A stretch of DNA of 32,000 nucleotides from Phycisphaera mikurensis NBRC 102666 (GTDB lineage Bacteria > Planctomycetota > Phycisphaerae > Phycisphaerales > Phycisphaeraceae): assembly GCF_000284115.1 (NCBI RefSeq), contig NC_017080.1, positions 30,001 through 62,000 of the forward strand. Reading direction: 5' to 3'. Position numbers and translations under genes: made by a program. The number at the start of each line of letters is the position of its first letter. The stretch's first letter is position 1. The notes below the pieces were generated by a model. It was not told the DNA's origin. It searched no databases and was given only the letters and a program-made list of their open reading frames with translations. Positions 23,574 through 31,907 of the stretch are shown piece by piece.

Positions 23574-23604
23574 GCGGTGCCGCACCCGCGTGGAGCACCC
23601 ACAA

Positions 23605-23646
23605 CCGGGTGTCGAAGGTCGCGTCCCGGGGGGCGTGACACCCGGG
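23605..23646. repeat. Solo short-form copy of the 17.5-kb hairpin repeat family, in a convergent intergenic region (possible terminator)
   Basis: CCGGGTGTC-gaaggtcgcgtcccggggggcgt-GACACCCGG. The right arm GGCGTGACACCCGGG differs by 1 nt from the array arm GGCGTGGCACCCGGG. The interior resembles the end of unit 6 (GTCGAAGG...). Confidence 0.6.
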
Positions 23647-23688
23647 CCCCAAACGCTGCGCCCGCCCGCGTCTCTCTCGGGGCGCACC

Positions 23689-24687
23689 TCAGGCCATCGT
23701 GTCTAGCATCGCCGCGTGGATCTCGTGCTGCAGCGCCCCGCCGCCGAGCAGCGCTTCGGCCTCGTCGAGCACCGTCTCGCTCAGGCGGCGGACCTCTCGG
23801 CCGAGGCTCCCGGCGATGTGGCTGGAGAGGTGCGCGTTGGGCAGGTCGTACAGCGGGCTGCCGGCCACCGGCGGCTCGGGCGCGGTGACGTCCAGCAGCG
23901 CGGTCAGGTCGGGCCGCTCGCGGAGGACGCCGACGAGGCCCTCCTCGTCCACCTGGGCGCCCCGCCCCGTGTTCAGGAAGGTCGCCCCGGGCCGCATCGA
24001 GGCGAACAGGTCGCGGGTGAGCGCGTGGCGCAGGCTCGGGAGGTCCGGCAGGTGGTTGCTGACCACCTCGCAGGAGGCGAACGCCTCCTCCATGCCGATC
24101 CTCCGGGCGCCGTGGGCGTCGAGCACGGCGTCGTCGACGAAGGGGTCCACCACGCGGACGTCGAAGCGGAAGTGCCCCAGCAGCTCCGCGGTCATCCGCC
24201 CCACCGCCCCGAAGCCCAGCAGCGCCACCGGGGTGTCCCACACGCCCGGGCCCACCGGCGGGCCGCCGCCGCGGTCCCAGGGGCCCGCGATCGACCGGCT
24301 GTTCCCGAAGTAGTTCTTCGAGGCCAGCAGGATCTGGGCGAGGCTGAACTCCGCGACCGGCCGCCCGTTCGCCTTCCAGGCGCTCACCACCCGCACCCCG
24401 CGGTCGAGCATCGGCCCGGCGAAGCCCTTCACCGTGCCGGCGGCGTAGAAGAGCACCTCCAGGTCGGGCAGCCGGGCCAGCGTGTCCGCCTCCAGCCGGG
24501 GCATGCCCCACGTCGAGAAGGCCCAGCGGACGCCGGCGAGGCCCGCGGCCGGGTCGCCGGTCACCACGCCGGGCCGCAGGTCGGTGAAGGAGGCGAGGCG
24601 GTCGCGGCCGGCGTCGCCGTAGACGCGTTGGATCTGGTCGGGGTCGCCGATGAGCGCGGCGACGGGTCGGGAGCGGTTGGCAACCAT
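23689..24687 (-). CDS. D-isomer-specific 2-hydroxyacid dehydrogenase family, NAD-binding
   Basis: LLGFGAVGRMTAELL (GxGxxG), plus NTGRGAQVDEEGL and SSHIAG motifs. The ATG at 24687 (MVANRSRPV...) is preferred over the start at 24786. Confidence 0.85.
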   Translation of the reverse strand: MVANRSRPVAALIGDPDQIQRVYGDAGRDRLASFTDLRPGVVTGDPAAGLAGVRWAFSTWGMPRLEADTLARLPDLEVLFYAAGTVKGFAGPMLDRGVRVVSAWKANGRPVAEFSLAQILLASKNYFGNSRSIAGPWDRGGGPPVGPGVWDTPVALLGFGAVGRMTAELLGHFRFDVRVVDPFVDDAVLDAHGARRIGMEEAFASCEVVSNHLPDLPSLRHALTRDLFASMRPGATFLNTGRGAQVDEEGLVGVLRERPDLTALLDVTAPEPPVAGSPLYDLPNAHLSSHIAGSLGREVRRLSETVLDEAEALLGGGALQHEIHAAMLDTMA

Positions 24688-24901
24688 CGGCGAGGACCGT
24701 ACCGGCCGGGCCCGGCCGCCTCCGCGGCGAGCCCGCCGGCCACTGGACCCCGCGCTGCACGCCGGGCCTCGCGCGCTTCTACGCATCCCAAGGGGTCCAC
24801 GGGCGTCCGTCGATGCACCGGCTCGGGCGCCACGCCCTGCAGGGCCGGGCTCTCCACGGGACGTTCGGGGCCGGATGCCCGGAAATCCACCGGGATGCGG
24901 A

Positions 24902-25501
24902 TCAGTCGCCGTGCTTCTGCCGCAGCCGGCCCGAAAGCCGCAGCAGCAGGTGGCCCCGCTCGAAGAAGTCCACGACCTCCCTCACCACCGCCGCCAGCGG
25001 GTCGAAGTCCGCGTCGCGGAACCCCGGCCCCACGCCCAACGCTGCGGCCTCCGCCGCGGGCAGCGCCTTGCTCGCCATGCCGCGGTAGCGCGACAGCGTG
25101 CGGTCGCCCATCGCGATCACCGGCTCGAGGTCCTCGGCGAGCAGGTACGTCACCGGCACCCGGAAGCCGCCGTTGACCTGGCTCTTCACCACCAGCTCCG
25201 CGTGCTCCTCCGACCGCGGGAGGAAGCGGAGGCGGATCCTCGCGGGGTTCGCCTCCGCCGCCCGCTGCATCGCCGCACCCTGCAGCGCGCAGTCGCCGCA
25301 CCACGGCCCGGTAAGGCACAGCACGTTCATCTCGCGGGTGAAGCCGCCGAGCGTCGCCCGCTGCGTGTCGTCGAGCGCGAGCTGCCCGTGCCGCTCCCGC
25401 CAGGGACCCAGCTGGCCGGCCGCCTCGCCGGCGGCGCACAGCCCCTCGAAGGAGAGGCCTTTCTCGAAGGAGGACCGGAGGACGTCGGCGGGAGCGAACA
25501 T
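24902..25501 (-). CDS. Thioredoxin-fold protein (WCGDC active site)
   Basis: 199 aa. VLCLTGPWCGDCALQG contains a CxxC motif in thioredoxin context. ATG start. Confidence 0.75.
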   Translation of the reverse strand: MFAPADVLRSSFEKGLSFEGLCAAGEAAGQLGPWRERHGQLALDDTQRATLGGFTREMNVLCLTGPWCGDCALQGAAMQRAAEANPARIRLRFLPRSEEHAELVVKSQVNGGFRVPVTYLLAEDLEPVIAMGDRTLSRYRGMASKALPAAEAAALGVGPGFRDADFDPLAAVVREVVDFFERGHLLLRLSGRLRQKHGD

Positions 25502-25531
25502 GCGGGCACGCTACGCGGGGCCGCGCCCGTC

Positions 25532-25978
25532 TCAGGCCGGCTCGGCCTCAACGCCGCTGAAGCCGAGGTTCACCCGCAGCCGCTGGGCGATGAGCTGGCC
25601 GACCGGGTTGCTGCCGAAGAGCCCGATGTCCAGCCGCACGAAGGTCACGCCGTCGCTCACCGGCTTGATGACGAACTTGTACTCGTGCCCGCGCGGGTTC
25701 ATCGAGACGATCTCGCGGCGGAAGCCGTCCTCGCTGGTCGCGTCGGAGAACACCCGGAACCCCAGCTCGTCGAAGCTGGCGTAGACCGCGTCGGCGACCA
25801 CCTCGGGGGTGGTCATGAGCGCCATGTCGACCTTGCCGAACTTCATCGCGGTCCCGCCGGTCTTCGCCGCGTTGGCCACCGCCCCCAGCGCCGCCAGCTC
25901 CAGCCCGCCCGCGCAGCCGCCGAGCAGCGGCAACGCCGCAACCACCACCCCCGCCGTCCCGACGCGTCTGCCGCTCAT
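25532..25978 (-). CDS. Small lipoprotein, hypothetical (148 aa)
   Basis: MSGRRVGTAGVVVAALPLLGGCAGG has an LLGGC lipobox. The 438-aa ORF-track version is a spurious upstream extension. Confidence 0.7.
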   Translation of the reverse strand: MSGRRVGTAGVVVAALPLLGGCAGGLELAALGAVANAAKTGGTAMKFGKVDMALMTTPEVVADAVYASFDELGFRVFSDATSEDGFRREIVSMNPRGHEYKFVIKPVSDGVTFVRLDIGLFGSNPVGQLIAQRLRVNLGFSGVEAEPA

Positions 25979-26131
25979 CGCGCAGAATCTACGCCGCGGC
26001 TCCCGCGGATCCGCGGACCGCCGCTCCCGAACCGCGAAATCGGCCACGGTCCGCGGCGTCGGGACGGACGCGATCCCGCCCGGCTCCGCGGCGCGCCCGA
26101 CGCGGCGCCCGCCCGCGGACCGCACGCGAAA

Positions 26132-26162
26132 GAGGCCGCCGGACCTCTCGGTCCGCGGCCTC
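26132..26162 (-). terminator. Putative intrinsic terminator downstream of the acidic lipoprotein gene
   Basis: GAGGCCGCCGGACC-tctc-GGTCCGCGGCCTC forms a 13-14 bp stem with one bulge. On the minus strand it is followed by only TTT. Confidence 0.4.
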
Positions 26163-26205
26163 TCGGGCTCAGGCCGCCGCGGGGGCGGCGTGCTCCGGGC
26201 GTGCT

Positions 26206-26736
26206 TCAGCCCCTCATCTGCGTGATCGTCGACTGCAGGCCCTCCACGGCCTCCTCCATCGACGGCACCGACGACAGGTCCATCTCCTTGAGCTTGTCGA
26301 CGGCCGCCTGCGCCTTGTCGAGGTTGCCCTCGCCGATGGCGTTGCCGGCCTCGTTCATCAGCTCGGCCACCTTCGTCTGCATCTGCGCGCTCAGGTCGTT
26401 CACGCCCTCGCCGACCTTCTCCATCGTGGACGTGCCGGCGGCCAGCAGCTCCTCGCCCTTGGCGGCCGCGTCGCCCATGGCGCCCTCGGCGTCCTCCCGC
26501 ACGCCGTCCATCGCCGCGCCGGCGTCCTCCATGAGGCTGTCGCCGGCGGCGTCCGCGTCGTCCATCACGTCCTCGGCGGCGGTCTCGTGCGCCGTGCCGT
26601 CGGCGTGATCGTGCGCGTCGGGGGCGGTCACGGCGGTGTCGACGGCGGCCGGCCCCTCGGGCTGGTCGCAGCCGGTGGCGGCGAGCAGGGCGGCGGCGAG
26701 GGCGGTGGCGGCGAAGGGGGCGGTGGGGAGGCTCAT
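26206..26736 (-). CDS. Highly acidic Met/Asp/His-rich lipoprotein, hypothetical (176 aa)
   Basis: MSLPTAPFAATALAAALLAATGCDQ has an LAATGC lipobox. The mature part is D/E/M-rich with quasi-repeats (VMDDADAAGDS, LMEDAGAAMDG, VREDAEGAMGD). Confidence 0.7.
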   Translation of the reverse strand: MSLPTAPFAATALAAALLAATGCDQPEGPAAVDTAVTAPDAHDHADGTAHETAAEDVMDDADAAGDSLMEDAGAAMDGVREDAEGAMGDAAAKGEELLAAGTSTMEKVGEGVNDLSAQMQTKVAELMNEAGNAIGEGNLDKAQAAVDKLKEMDLSSVPSMEEAVEGLQSTITQMRG

Positions 26737-26854
26737 GGCGCTGACGGATTCTCGGGGTGCGGGGGAGGAACGGGCGGGGCCGCCCGCCGCAACGGCTTGC
26801 GGCGGGGGGCCACAGCCTATCCCCTCCGGGCGACGACGGCCACAGCACAAACCC

Positions 26855-27832
26855 TCAATCCGCCGCCCCGCCCGGCGCCTCGCCCCGCGGCCGGATCACC
26901 CGCACGTCCATCTGCGGGAAGGGGATGGCCAGGCCCGCCGCGTCCAGGTGCGTCTTGACCGCCCGCGTCAGCGCCTCGTGAACCGGCCAGTAGCGCGACT
27001 TCTCCGTCCAGAAGCGGACCTTCCACGCGACCGCCGAGTCGCCGAGGCCGTCGAGGAAGACCTGGTGCCCGCGACCCTCGCCGTCCACGCGGTCCGCGGC
27101 GAGGGAATCCGCCGCGGCGTTGAGCACCTCCCGGGTCCGGTCCAGGTCCGCGTCGTAGGCGACGCCGACGGGCACCTCCACCCGGCGGTGCTCGTGGAAG
27201 GTCACGTTCTCGATCTTCGCCCCGTAGATCTCGCCGTTGGGGACGAGGATGCGGCGGTTGTCGAAGGTGTCGAAGGTCGTGGTGAACAGCTCGATCGCGT
27301 CGACCTTCGCCGTCAGCCCCGCCGCGGAGACCACGTCGCCCACCTTGAACGGCCGGAACACCAGCAGCATCACCCCCGCCGCGAAGTTCTGCAGCGTGCC
27401 CGAGAGCGCCAGGCCGATCGCGAAGCCCGCCGCCGCGATCATCGCCGCGAAGCTGGTCATCGGGATGCCCGCGTAGCCCAGCGCCGTCAGCACGCCGAGC
27501 AGGAACACGGCGTAGAAGACCAGCTTCGCGGCGAACCGCACCAGCGTCTCCTCGATCCGGGCCCGCCGCGCCGCCTTCGCGACGAAGCCCGAGGCCACCT
27601 TCGCCAGGACCGCCCCGCCCACCAGGAGGGCGACCGCGACCCCCGCCGGCACCAGGAAGCCGGTGACCAGCGGCCAGGCCGCCTCCAGGTCGCCGCGGCG
27701 GAGGCCGTCGAGGGCGACGAACAGCGTGTCCGCCGCGCGGCCCGCGAGGGCGTCGGCGCCCGCGCCGGCCGCGTTCAGGGGGGAGGGATCGGGGTCGGCC
27801 TGGGCCAGCGTGGCAGGGAGGATCGGCGGCAT
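26855..27832 (-). CDS. mscS: Small-conductance mechanosensitive channel (MscS family)
   Basis: LLVFRPFKVGDVVSAAGLTAKVDAIELFTTTFDTFDNRRILVPNGEI is the MscS pore/beta-domain signature. The ATG at 27832 is preferred over the start at 27919. Confidence 0.88.
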   Translation of the reverse strand: MPPILPATLAQADPDPSPLNAAGAGADALAGRAADTLFVALDGLRRGDLEAAWPLVTGFLVPAGVAVALLVGGAVLAKVASGFVAKAARRARIEETLVRFAAKLVFYAVFLLGVLTALGYAGIPMTSFAAMIAAAGFAIGLALSGTLQNFAAGVMLLVFRPFKVGDVVSAAGLTAKVDAIELFTTTFDTFDNRRILVPNGEIYGAKIENVTFHEHRRVEVPVGVAYDADLDRTREVLNAAADSLAADRVDGEGRGHQVFLDGLGDSAVAWKVRFWTEKSRYWPVHEALTRAVKTHLDAAGLAIPFPQMDVRVIRPRGEAPGGAAD

Positions 27833-27938
27833 CGTCCCCCGGTTTCGGCACGACGCCCGCGGGAAGGCCACCGCCGTGCCACACTGCCGCCCCGGGGGCC
27901 AGCGGGCCCCTCCCCCCACCCCCCAGGAACCGCGGCAG

Positions 27939-28397
27939 ATGAAGATCGTTCAGGAGTTCAAGGAGTTCATCCTCAAAGGCAACATGGTCGACCTCGCGGT
28001 CGGCATCGTGATCGGCGCCGCCTTCAGCAAGGTCGTCACCACCCTGGTGGGCAGCGTCATCATGCCGCCCACCGCCTTCCTGATGGGCGGCGTCGACCTC
28101 GCCTCCAAGAAGACCCTCCTCATCGAGGAGCTCCGCGAGGGCGACACGCACCCCGTCTACCAGAACACGGTCGAGAAGGACATCCCCGCGGTCTACCTCG
28201 AGTGGGGGGCGATGCTCCAGGCTCTCTTCGAGCTGCTCGTCGTCGGCCTCGCGATCTTCGTCGTCATCAAGGCCATCAACGCGATGCGGAAGAAGCAGGA
28301 GGAGGCCCCCAAGGAGGAGCCGACGCCCGTGGAGGTCGAGCTGCTGCGGGACATCCGCGACGAGCTGCGCAGCCGCGGCGGCCCGCCGCCGGCCTGA
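27939..28397 (+). CDS. mscL: Large-conductance mechanosensitive channel MscL
   Basis: MKIVQEFKEFILKGNMVDLAVGIVIGAAFSKVVTTLVGSVIMPP is near-canonical for the MscL N-terminus and TM1. 152 aa. Confidence 0.93.
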   Translation: MKIVQEFKEFILKGNMVDLAVGIVIGAAFSKVVTTLVGSVIMPPTAFLMGGVDLASKKTLLIEELREGDTHPVYQNTVEKDIPAVYLEWGAMLQALFELLVVGLAIFVVIKAINAMRKKQEEAPKEEPTPVEVELLRDIRDELRSRGGPPPA

Positions 28398-28440
28398 GGG
28401 CGACGGAGCCGGCGGCGCGGGGACGCCCCCGCGCGCGCGA

Positions 28441-28465
28441 CGACGCCCGCGGAGCGCGGGCGTCG
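28441..28465. terminator. Perfect 10-bp GC hairpin between convergent mscL and the DUF4394 gene (putative bidirectional terminator)
   Basis: CGACGCCCGC-ggagc-GCGGGCGTCG. No U-tract. Confidence 0.45.
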
Positions 28466-28489
28466 GGTCCCCCGCGGCGGCTCCGGGCC

Positions 28490-29380
28490 TCAGGCCCGCC
28501 GGCGACGCAGCAGCGCCAGCCCGCCGAGGCCGAGCACGGCCGCGGCCGTCGGCTCGGGCACGACGGTGAGGTCGCGGATCAGGTCGCCGGTCGTGATCGC
28601 GCCCAACGAGGTGGCGACACCGGTGTCCAGGTCGATCGTGTAGAGCGCCGAGTTCGGGCCGCTCTGCAGGTTCGCGTACGCGATCCCGGTCGCCCCGGAG
28701 ATGTCCAGGCCCAGCTCGTTGGTCAGCGGGCTCACGCCCAGCGAGCCGATCGTGTTCAGCGTGCCCGCGTTGTTCGCGACCGTCACCAGCACGCCGAGCT
28801 TCTGGTCGATGCCGAACTGCTGCGTGGTCGTCGCGCCCGCGACGCTGTTCGTGTACGCGATGCCGGCGATGTTCGGGTCGGCCCCCTCGTTCGCATCGCC
28901 CGCCGCGTAGAAGACCGGGGTCTTCTCGACGGGGCCGAGGTACTGCCCGCTGTCGCCGCTGACGACGCGGTTGTTGTCGGTGTCGCTGATGATCCGGGCA
29001 AACTCGCCGGACATGAAGGCCGGGTTGAAGTCGAACGCGAAGCTCGTGCCCCGAAGCCGCGGGCTGAACGCCGCGAAGGGCGTCGCCTCGAAGGTGTCGG
29101 TGTCGAAGGTGTAGAGCCGGTTGGTGGAGCCCAGCAGGTAGATCTCGTCGGTCGCCGGCCGGTAATCGATCGCGAGCAGGTTCTCGTTGTTCGCCAGGCC
29201 GGTGACCGCCCCGCCGTCGATCGACACGCTCGGCGCCGCGCTGTCGAACACCGTGACGCTGTTCTGCGTCGTCAGGCCGTAGATCAGCTCCGCCGAGGCG
29301 GCGGAAGTGACCCCCACCGCCGCGATCGCCAGGCCGGCGGCGGCTAGGGAGCGGGTGGGATGACTCGTCGGGTTCTGCAT
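28490..29380 (-). CDS. DUF4394-like secreted protein with PEP-CTERM sorting signal
   Basis: 296 aa from ATG 29380, with AGGAG 6 nt upstream. Signal peptide SLAAAGLAIAAVGVTSAASA. LLAIDYRPATDEIYLLG is a DUF4394-type motif. The C-terminus VPEPTAAAVLGLGGLALLRRRRA is PEP-CTERM. Confidence 0.85.
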   Translation of the reverse strand: MQNPTSHPTRSLAAAGLAIAAVGVTSAASAELIYGLTTQNSVTVFDSAAPSVSIDGGAVTGLANNENLLAIDYRPATDEIYLLGSTNRLYTFDTDTFEATPFAAFSPRLRGTSFAFDFNPAFMSGEFARIISDTDNNRVVSGDSGQYLGPVEKTPVFYAAGDANEGADPNIAGIAYTNSVAGATTTQQFGIDQKLGVLVTVANNAGTLNTIGSLGVSPLTNELGLDISGATGIAYANLQSGPNSALYTIDLDTGVATSLGAITTGDLIRDLTVVPEPTAAAVLGLGGLALLRRRRA

Positions 29381-29529
29381 CAGGTTCTCCTGCGGGGGGG
29401 AAGGACTGCGGCCACCGCGGGCTCGCAACGGATGGTGGATATCCCGAGACGGGGAATCCACCACGGTGAACCTACGCGGCACCCCCCGCCCCGGATGCAC
29501 CCCACCCCCGAGAAGTTTTCTCCCCAAAG

Positions 29530-29700
29530 CCGCCGCCCATCCAGCCCCCTCGCGCACAAGGCAGACAAAGCGGCGTCGCCGCTCAGCTCTCGCCGCCACC
29601 CTGGCCGCGCGAGCTGCGTGGCGACGCCACGCTGTCCGAGCCGCCAATCCAGCTCCCTCGCGCACAAGCCAAACAGAGCGGCGTCGCCGCTCAGCTCTCG
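29530..29700. repeat. REPIN-like repeat array, 3' flank of the RAYT gene (about 1.5 units of a 107-108-bp repeat)
   Basis: Palindrome P1 GCGTGGCGACGCCACGC lies at 29616-29632. Palindrome P2 AGCGGCGTCGCCGCT lies at 29569-29583 and 29677-29691. The array ends 32 nt from the RAYT stop. Confidence 0.9.
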
Positions 29701-29722
29701 CAGCCAATCCCGCTCGATGCCC

Positions 29723-30325
29723 TCACGCTCCTTCGCGCAATCCGCGGGCGCGCTCCACCGGGACGAACGCACCACGCTCCACCGACTCCCCCAGCCGCCA
29801 CCGCTCCACCAGCCGCTGCCCCTCCGCGGGAGGCCGCAGCCCGCGGTCGATATCCCAGAACCACCCCGGGTGGTCCGGCAGGTATGCGAACCGCTGGAAG
29901 CGATACTTGCGGCGGCTCTGAATCCGGAAACAATCTCCGCCCTTCGAGAACAGAGATCCACCCCCCGCCCCATCCCCCCGCTCCCGCCTCAGCCCCGCCG
30001 AGACCGAACGCTTCATCGCCGCCCGCACCCGCTCCGCCTCCCGCGTGCCGTGCCACGCCACGAGCGTGTGCAAGTGCGACGCCGAGCTGCCCACCGCGAT
30101 GAGGAGCAGCCGCTGGCGGGCCGCCGCCTCTTGCAGCCAACCGATGCACGACCGCTGCAACGCGGGCGTGCATACCACCTCCGCCCTCTTCATCAAGGCC
30201 CGGTGATGCCGAGCCCGAGCCTCGTTCGGCGGCCGGGTCACCCGCCACCGACGGTCGTGATGCCCCGCCTCCCGGTCGACCATCCAGGACCCGTACGTGT
30301 GGAGCGTGATGAGAAACAGCGGCAC
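29723..30325 (-). CDS. IS200/IS605-like HUH Y1 transposase, REP-associated (RAYT-like)
   Basis: 200 aa with a GTG start. The N-terminus LFLITLHTYGSW matches the family. HUH motif is H84-L85-H86 (SSASHLHTLVAW). Candidate catalytic Tyr148 (QRFAYLPDHP) is 62 residues after it. Palindromic repeat arrays flank both sides. Confidence 0.75.
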   Translation of the reverse strand: MPLFLITLHTYGSWMVDREAGHHDRRWRVTRPPNEARARHHRALMKRAEVVCTPALQRSCIGWLQEAAARQRLLLIAVGSSASHLHTLVAWHGTREAERVRAAMKRSVSAGLRRERGDGAGGGSLFSKGGDCFRIQSRRKYRFQRFAYLPDHPGWFWDIDRGLRPPAEGQRLVERWRLGESVERGAFVPVERARGLREGA

Positions 30326-30417
30326 AGCGACAAACCTACCAAAGACCGGTCATTCGCGAGCGGCCGCGGTTCCCCTCTCATACACCGCCCTCACACGCAA
30401 GCCGAAGAAACCGCCGC

Positions 30418-30738
30418 AGCCACCCCGGCCGCGGTAGCTGCGTGGCGACGCCACGCTGTCCGACTCCCCATCCAGCTCCCTCGCGCACAAGGCAGACAGA
30501 GCGGCGTCGCCGCTCCGCTCTCGAAGCCACCCTGGCCGCGCTAGCTGCGTGGCGACGCCACGCTGTCCGAGCCGCCGATCCAGCTCCCTCGCGCACAAGC
30601 AGACAGAGCGGCGTCGCCGCTCAGCTCTCGGAGCCAGCCTGGCCGCGGTAGCTGCGTGGCGACGCCACGCTGTCCGACTCCCCATCCAGCCCCCTCGCGC
30701 ACAAGGCAGACAGAGCGGCGTCGCCGCTCAGCTCTCGG
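30418..30738. repeat. REPIN-like repeat array, 5' flank of the RAYT gene (3 units, period 107 bp)
   Basis: P1 lies at 30440-30456, 30547-30563 and 30654-30670. P2 lies at 30500-30514, 30607-30621 and 30714-30728. P1 and P2 cores (GGCGACGCC / GGCGTCGCC) are reverse complements, so each unit is an inverted REP doublet. Confidence 0.92.
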
Positions 30739-30779
30739 TCGTCAGAGTTCCGGCCCCAACGATCTCGAAGCGCTCGCCC

Positions 30780-30989
30780 TCAGCCGAACCTCGCGCTGAG
30801 CCCGAAGAAGCCCGTGTGGTTCTTGGCCCGGACCCGCCGAGCGGTCGCGTCCTCCGCCACCCGGAGCGTCCGCTCTTCCGCTTCTCGAACCAGCCGCGCG
30901 TTGACCTCCTTCGCGGTCTCCGGCGTGGCCTTGGAGACGCCGTCTTCTGCCCCACCGGACGGATCAGGCTGGTTGTTCTTCGCGTTCAT
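30780..30989 (-). CDS. Small hypothetical protein (69 aa)
   Basis: MNAKNNQPDPSGGAEDGVSKATPETAKEVNARLVREAEERTLRVAEDATARRVRAKNHTGFFGLSARFG. The ATG overlaps the 3' end of the upstream 256-aa gene by 26 nt. No recognisable motif, so it could be non-coding. Confidence 0.35.
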   Translation of the reverse strand: MNAKNNQPDPSGGAEDGVSKATPETAKEVNARLVREAEERTLRVAEDATARRVRAKNHTGFFGLSARFG

Positions 30990-31734
30990 GGCGTGTCTCT
31001 TCGACCGAAAGAGTAGCCGGGGCGACCGCCTGCGCCCCTCCCTGCGACACGATGGCAAGCAGGATCCCCGCGACCCCCAGAACCAGCGCGTACACCATCG
31101 CTCCCCCGCTCGCTCTGGTCTTCGCGAGCAGCTCGTCGTTGCGTGCCTGAAGGTTGAGGAAAGCGGCCGACACCGCCTCGTACGACAGCTTCAGAGAGGT
31201 CAGCTCGTCTTCCGTGTCGATCCGCAGCAGCTCCACCGGGAGGCGGAGGTGACCGCTTGCGCTGTTGACGGCTCCATCGTCCCCGGCGGCCGGCGGCTGC
31301 GGCCCGCACGATTCCGCGATCATCCGGCGGAGCGGCGGGTCTTGCCGCGGCCGCCAGAGGAACAAGACGCGCAACCGGCACCGCATCGTGCCGCACCAGG
31401 CCCAGCACCGCCGCGGCCACCGCTTCGGGAACGCGCCAAAGACCAGCTTCGCGAAGGCGAGCCCCGCCGCGACCAGCGAGAGCGTCAGAAGGACCACCGC
31501 CCCGAAGAAGGCGGGCCCGCCGATCCTCGGCAGCAGCGTCACGGCTGCCGTGAAGACCGCACCGGTCGCCGCCACCAGGAGCCCGACGCTGAGCTGGAGC
31601 TCCCGCTGGATCAACCGCGCCCGCTCCTCCTCTGCGGCCCAAGCGAAGCGGGCGTGCTCCAGCAGCACCGCCCCGGCCTTCAGCTGCACACCTTCGTCTT
31701 GCTGAGACTGCAGCAGGAACCCCGAAGAAGCCAT
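30964..31734 (-). CDS. Hypothetical multi-pass membrane protein (256 aa)
   Basis: ATG start. Two adjacent TM helices (LSVGLLVAATGAVFTAAVTLL, FFGAVVLLTLSLVAAGLAFAKLVFG). A Cys/Trp/Arg-rich loop and a helical segment follow, then a third TM helix (AMVYALVLGVAGILLAIV). Confidence 0.55.
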   Translation of the reverse strand: MASSGFLLQSQQDEGVQLKAGAVLLEHARFAWAAEEERARLIQRELQLSVGLLVAATGAVFTAAVTLLPRIGGPAFFGAVVLLTLSLVAAGLAFAKLVFGAFPKRWPRRCWAWCGTMRCRLRVLFLWRPRQDPPLRRMIAESCGPQPPAAGDDGAVNSASGHLRLPVELLRIDTEDELTSLKLSYEAVSAAFLNLQARNDELLAKTRASGGAMVYALVLGVAGILLAIVSQGGAQAVAPATLSVEETRHEREEQPA

Positions 31735-31833
31735 GATTCAACGGTACAGGACCCCCCTGAGCTCCACCCGGACGCCGACCCTCGAGAAGCCCATCAAGAC
31801 GCGGAAGACGCCCGCCCCACAGCCGCGAGAGCG

Positions 31834-31907
31834 GCGTGGCGACACCACGCCGCCCCACCCCCGATTCGGCCCACCTCCGCACAAGCAGACAGAGCGGCGT
31901 CACCGCT
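31834..31907. repeat. Degenerate solo REPIN copy
   Basis: GCGTGGCGACACCACGC (31834-31850) and AGCGGCGTCACCGCT (31893-31907) have the same spacing and spacer (...cgcacaagcagacag...) as the RAYT-flanking units. Each palindrome carries one G-to-A change. Confidence 0.75.

Noticed and set aside
25532-26848. 438-aa ORF suggesting one large protein
   Set aside because: Only its last 148 codons look real (lipobox start at 25978). The upstream part is an Arg/Gly-rich out-of-frame read-through of the acidic lipoprotein gene (26206-26736). That gene is in another frame and has its own lipobox.
26636-29347. 903-aa plus-strand ORF across mscS, mscL and the DUF4394 region
   Set aside because: It overlaps three motif-supported genes in wrong frames or strands and has a low-complexity translation.
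29360-30544. 394-aa plus-strand ORF and several 60-200-aa ORFs over the RAYT locus
   Set aside because: They read through the REPIN repeats, giving recurring peptide blocks, and through the antisense strand of the RAYT gene. No motifs are present.
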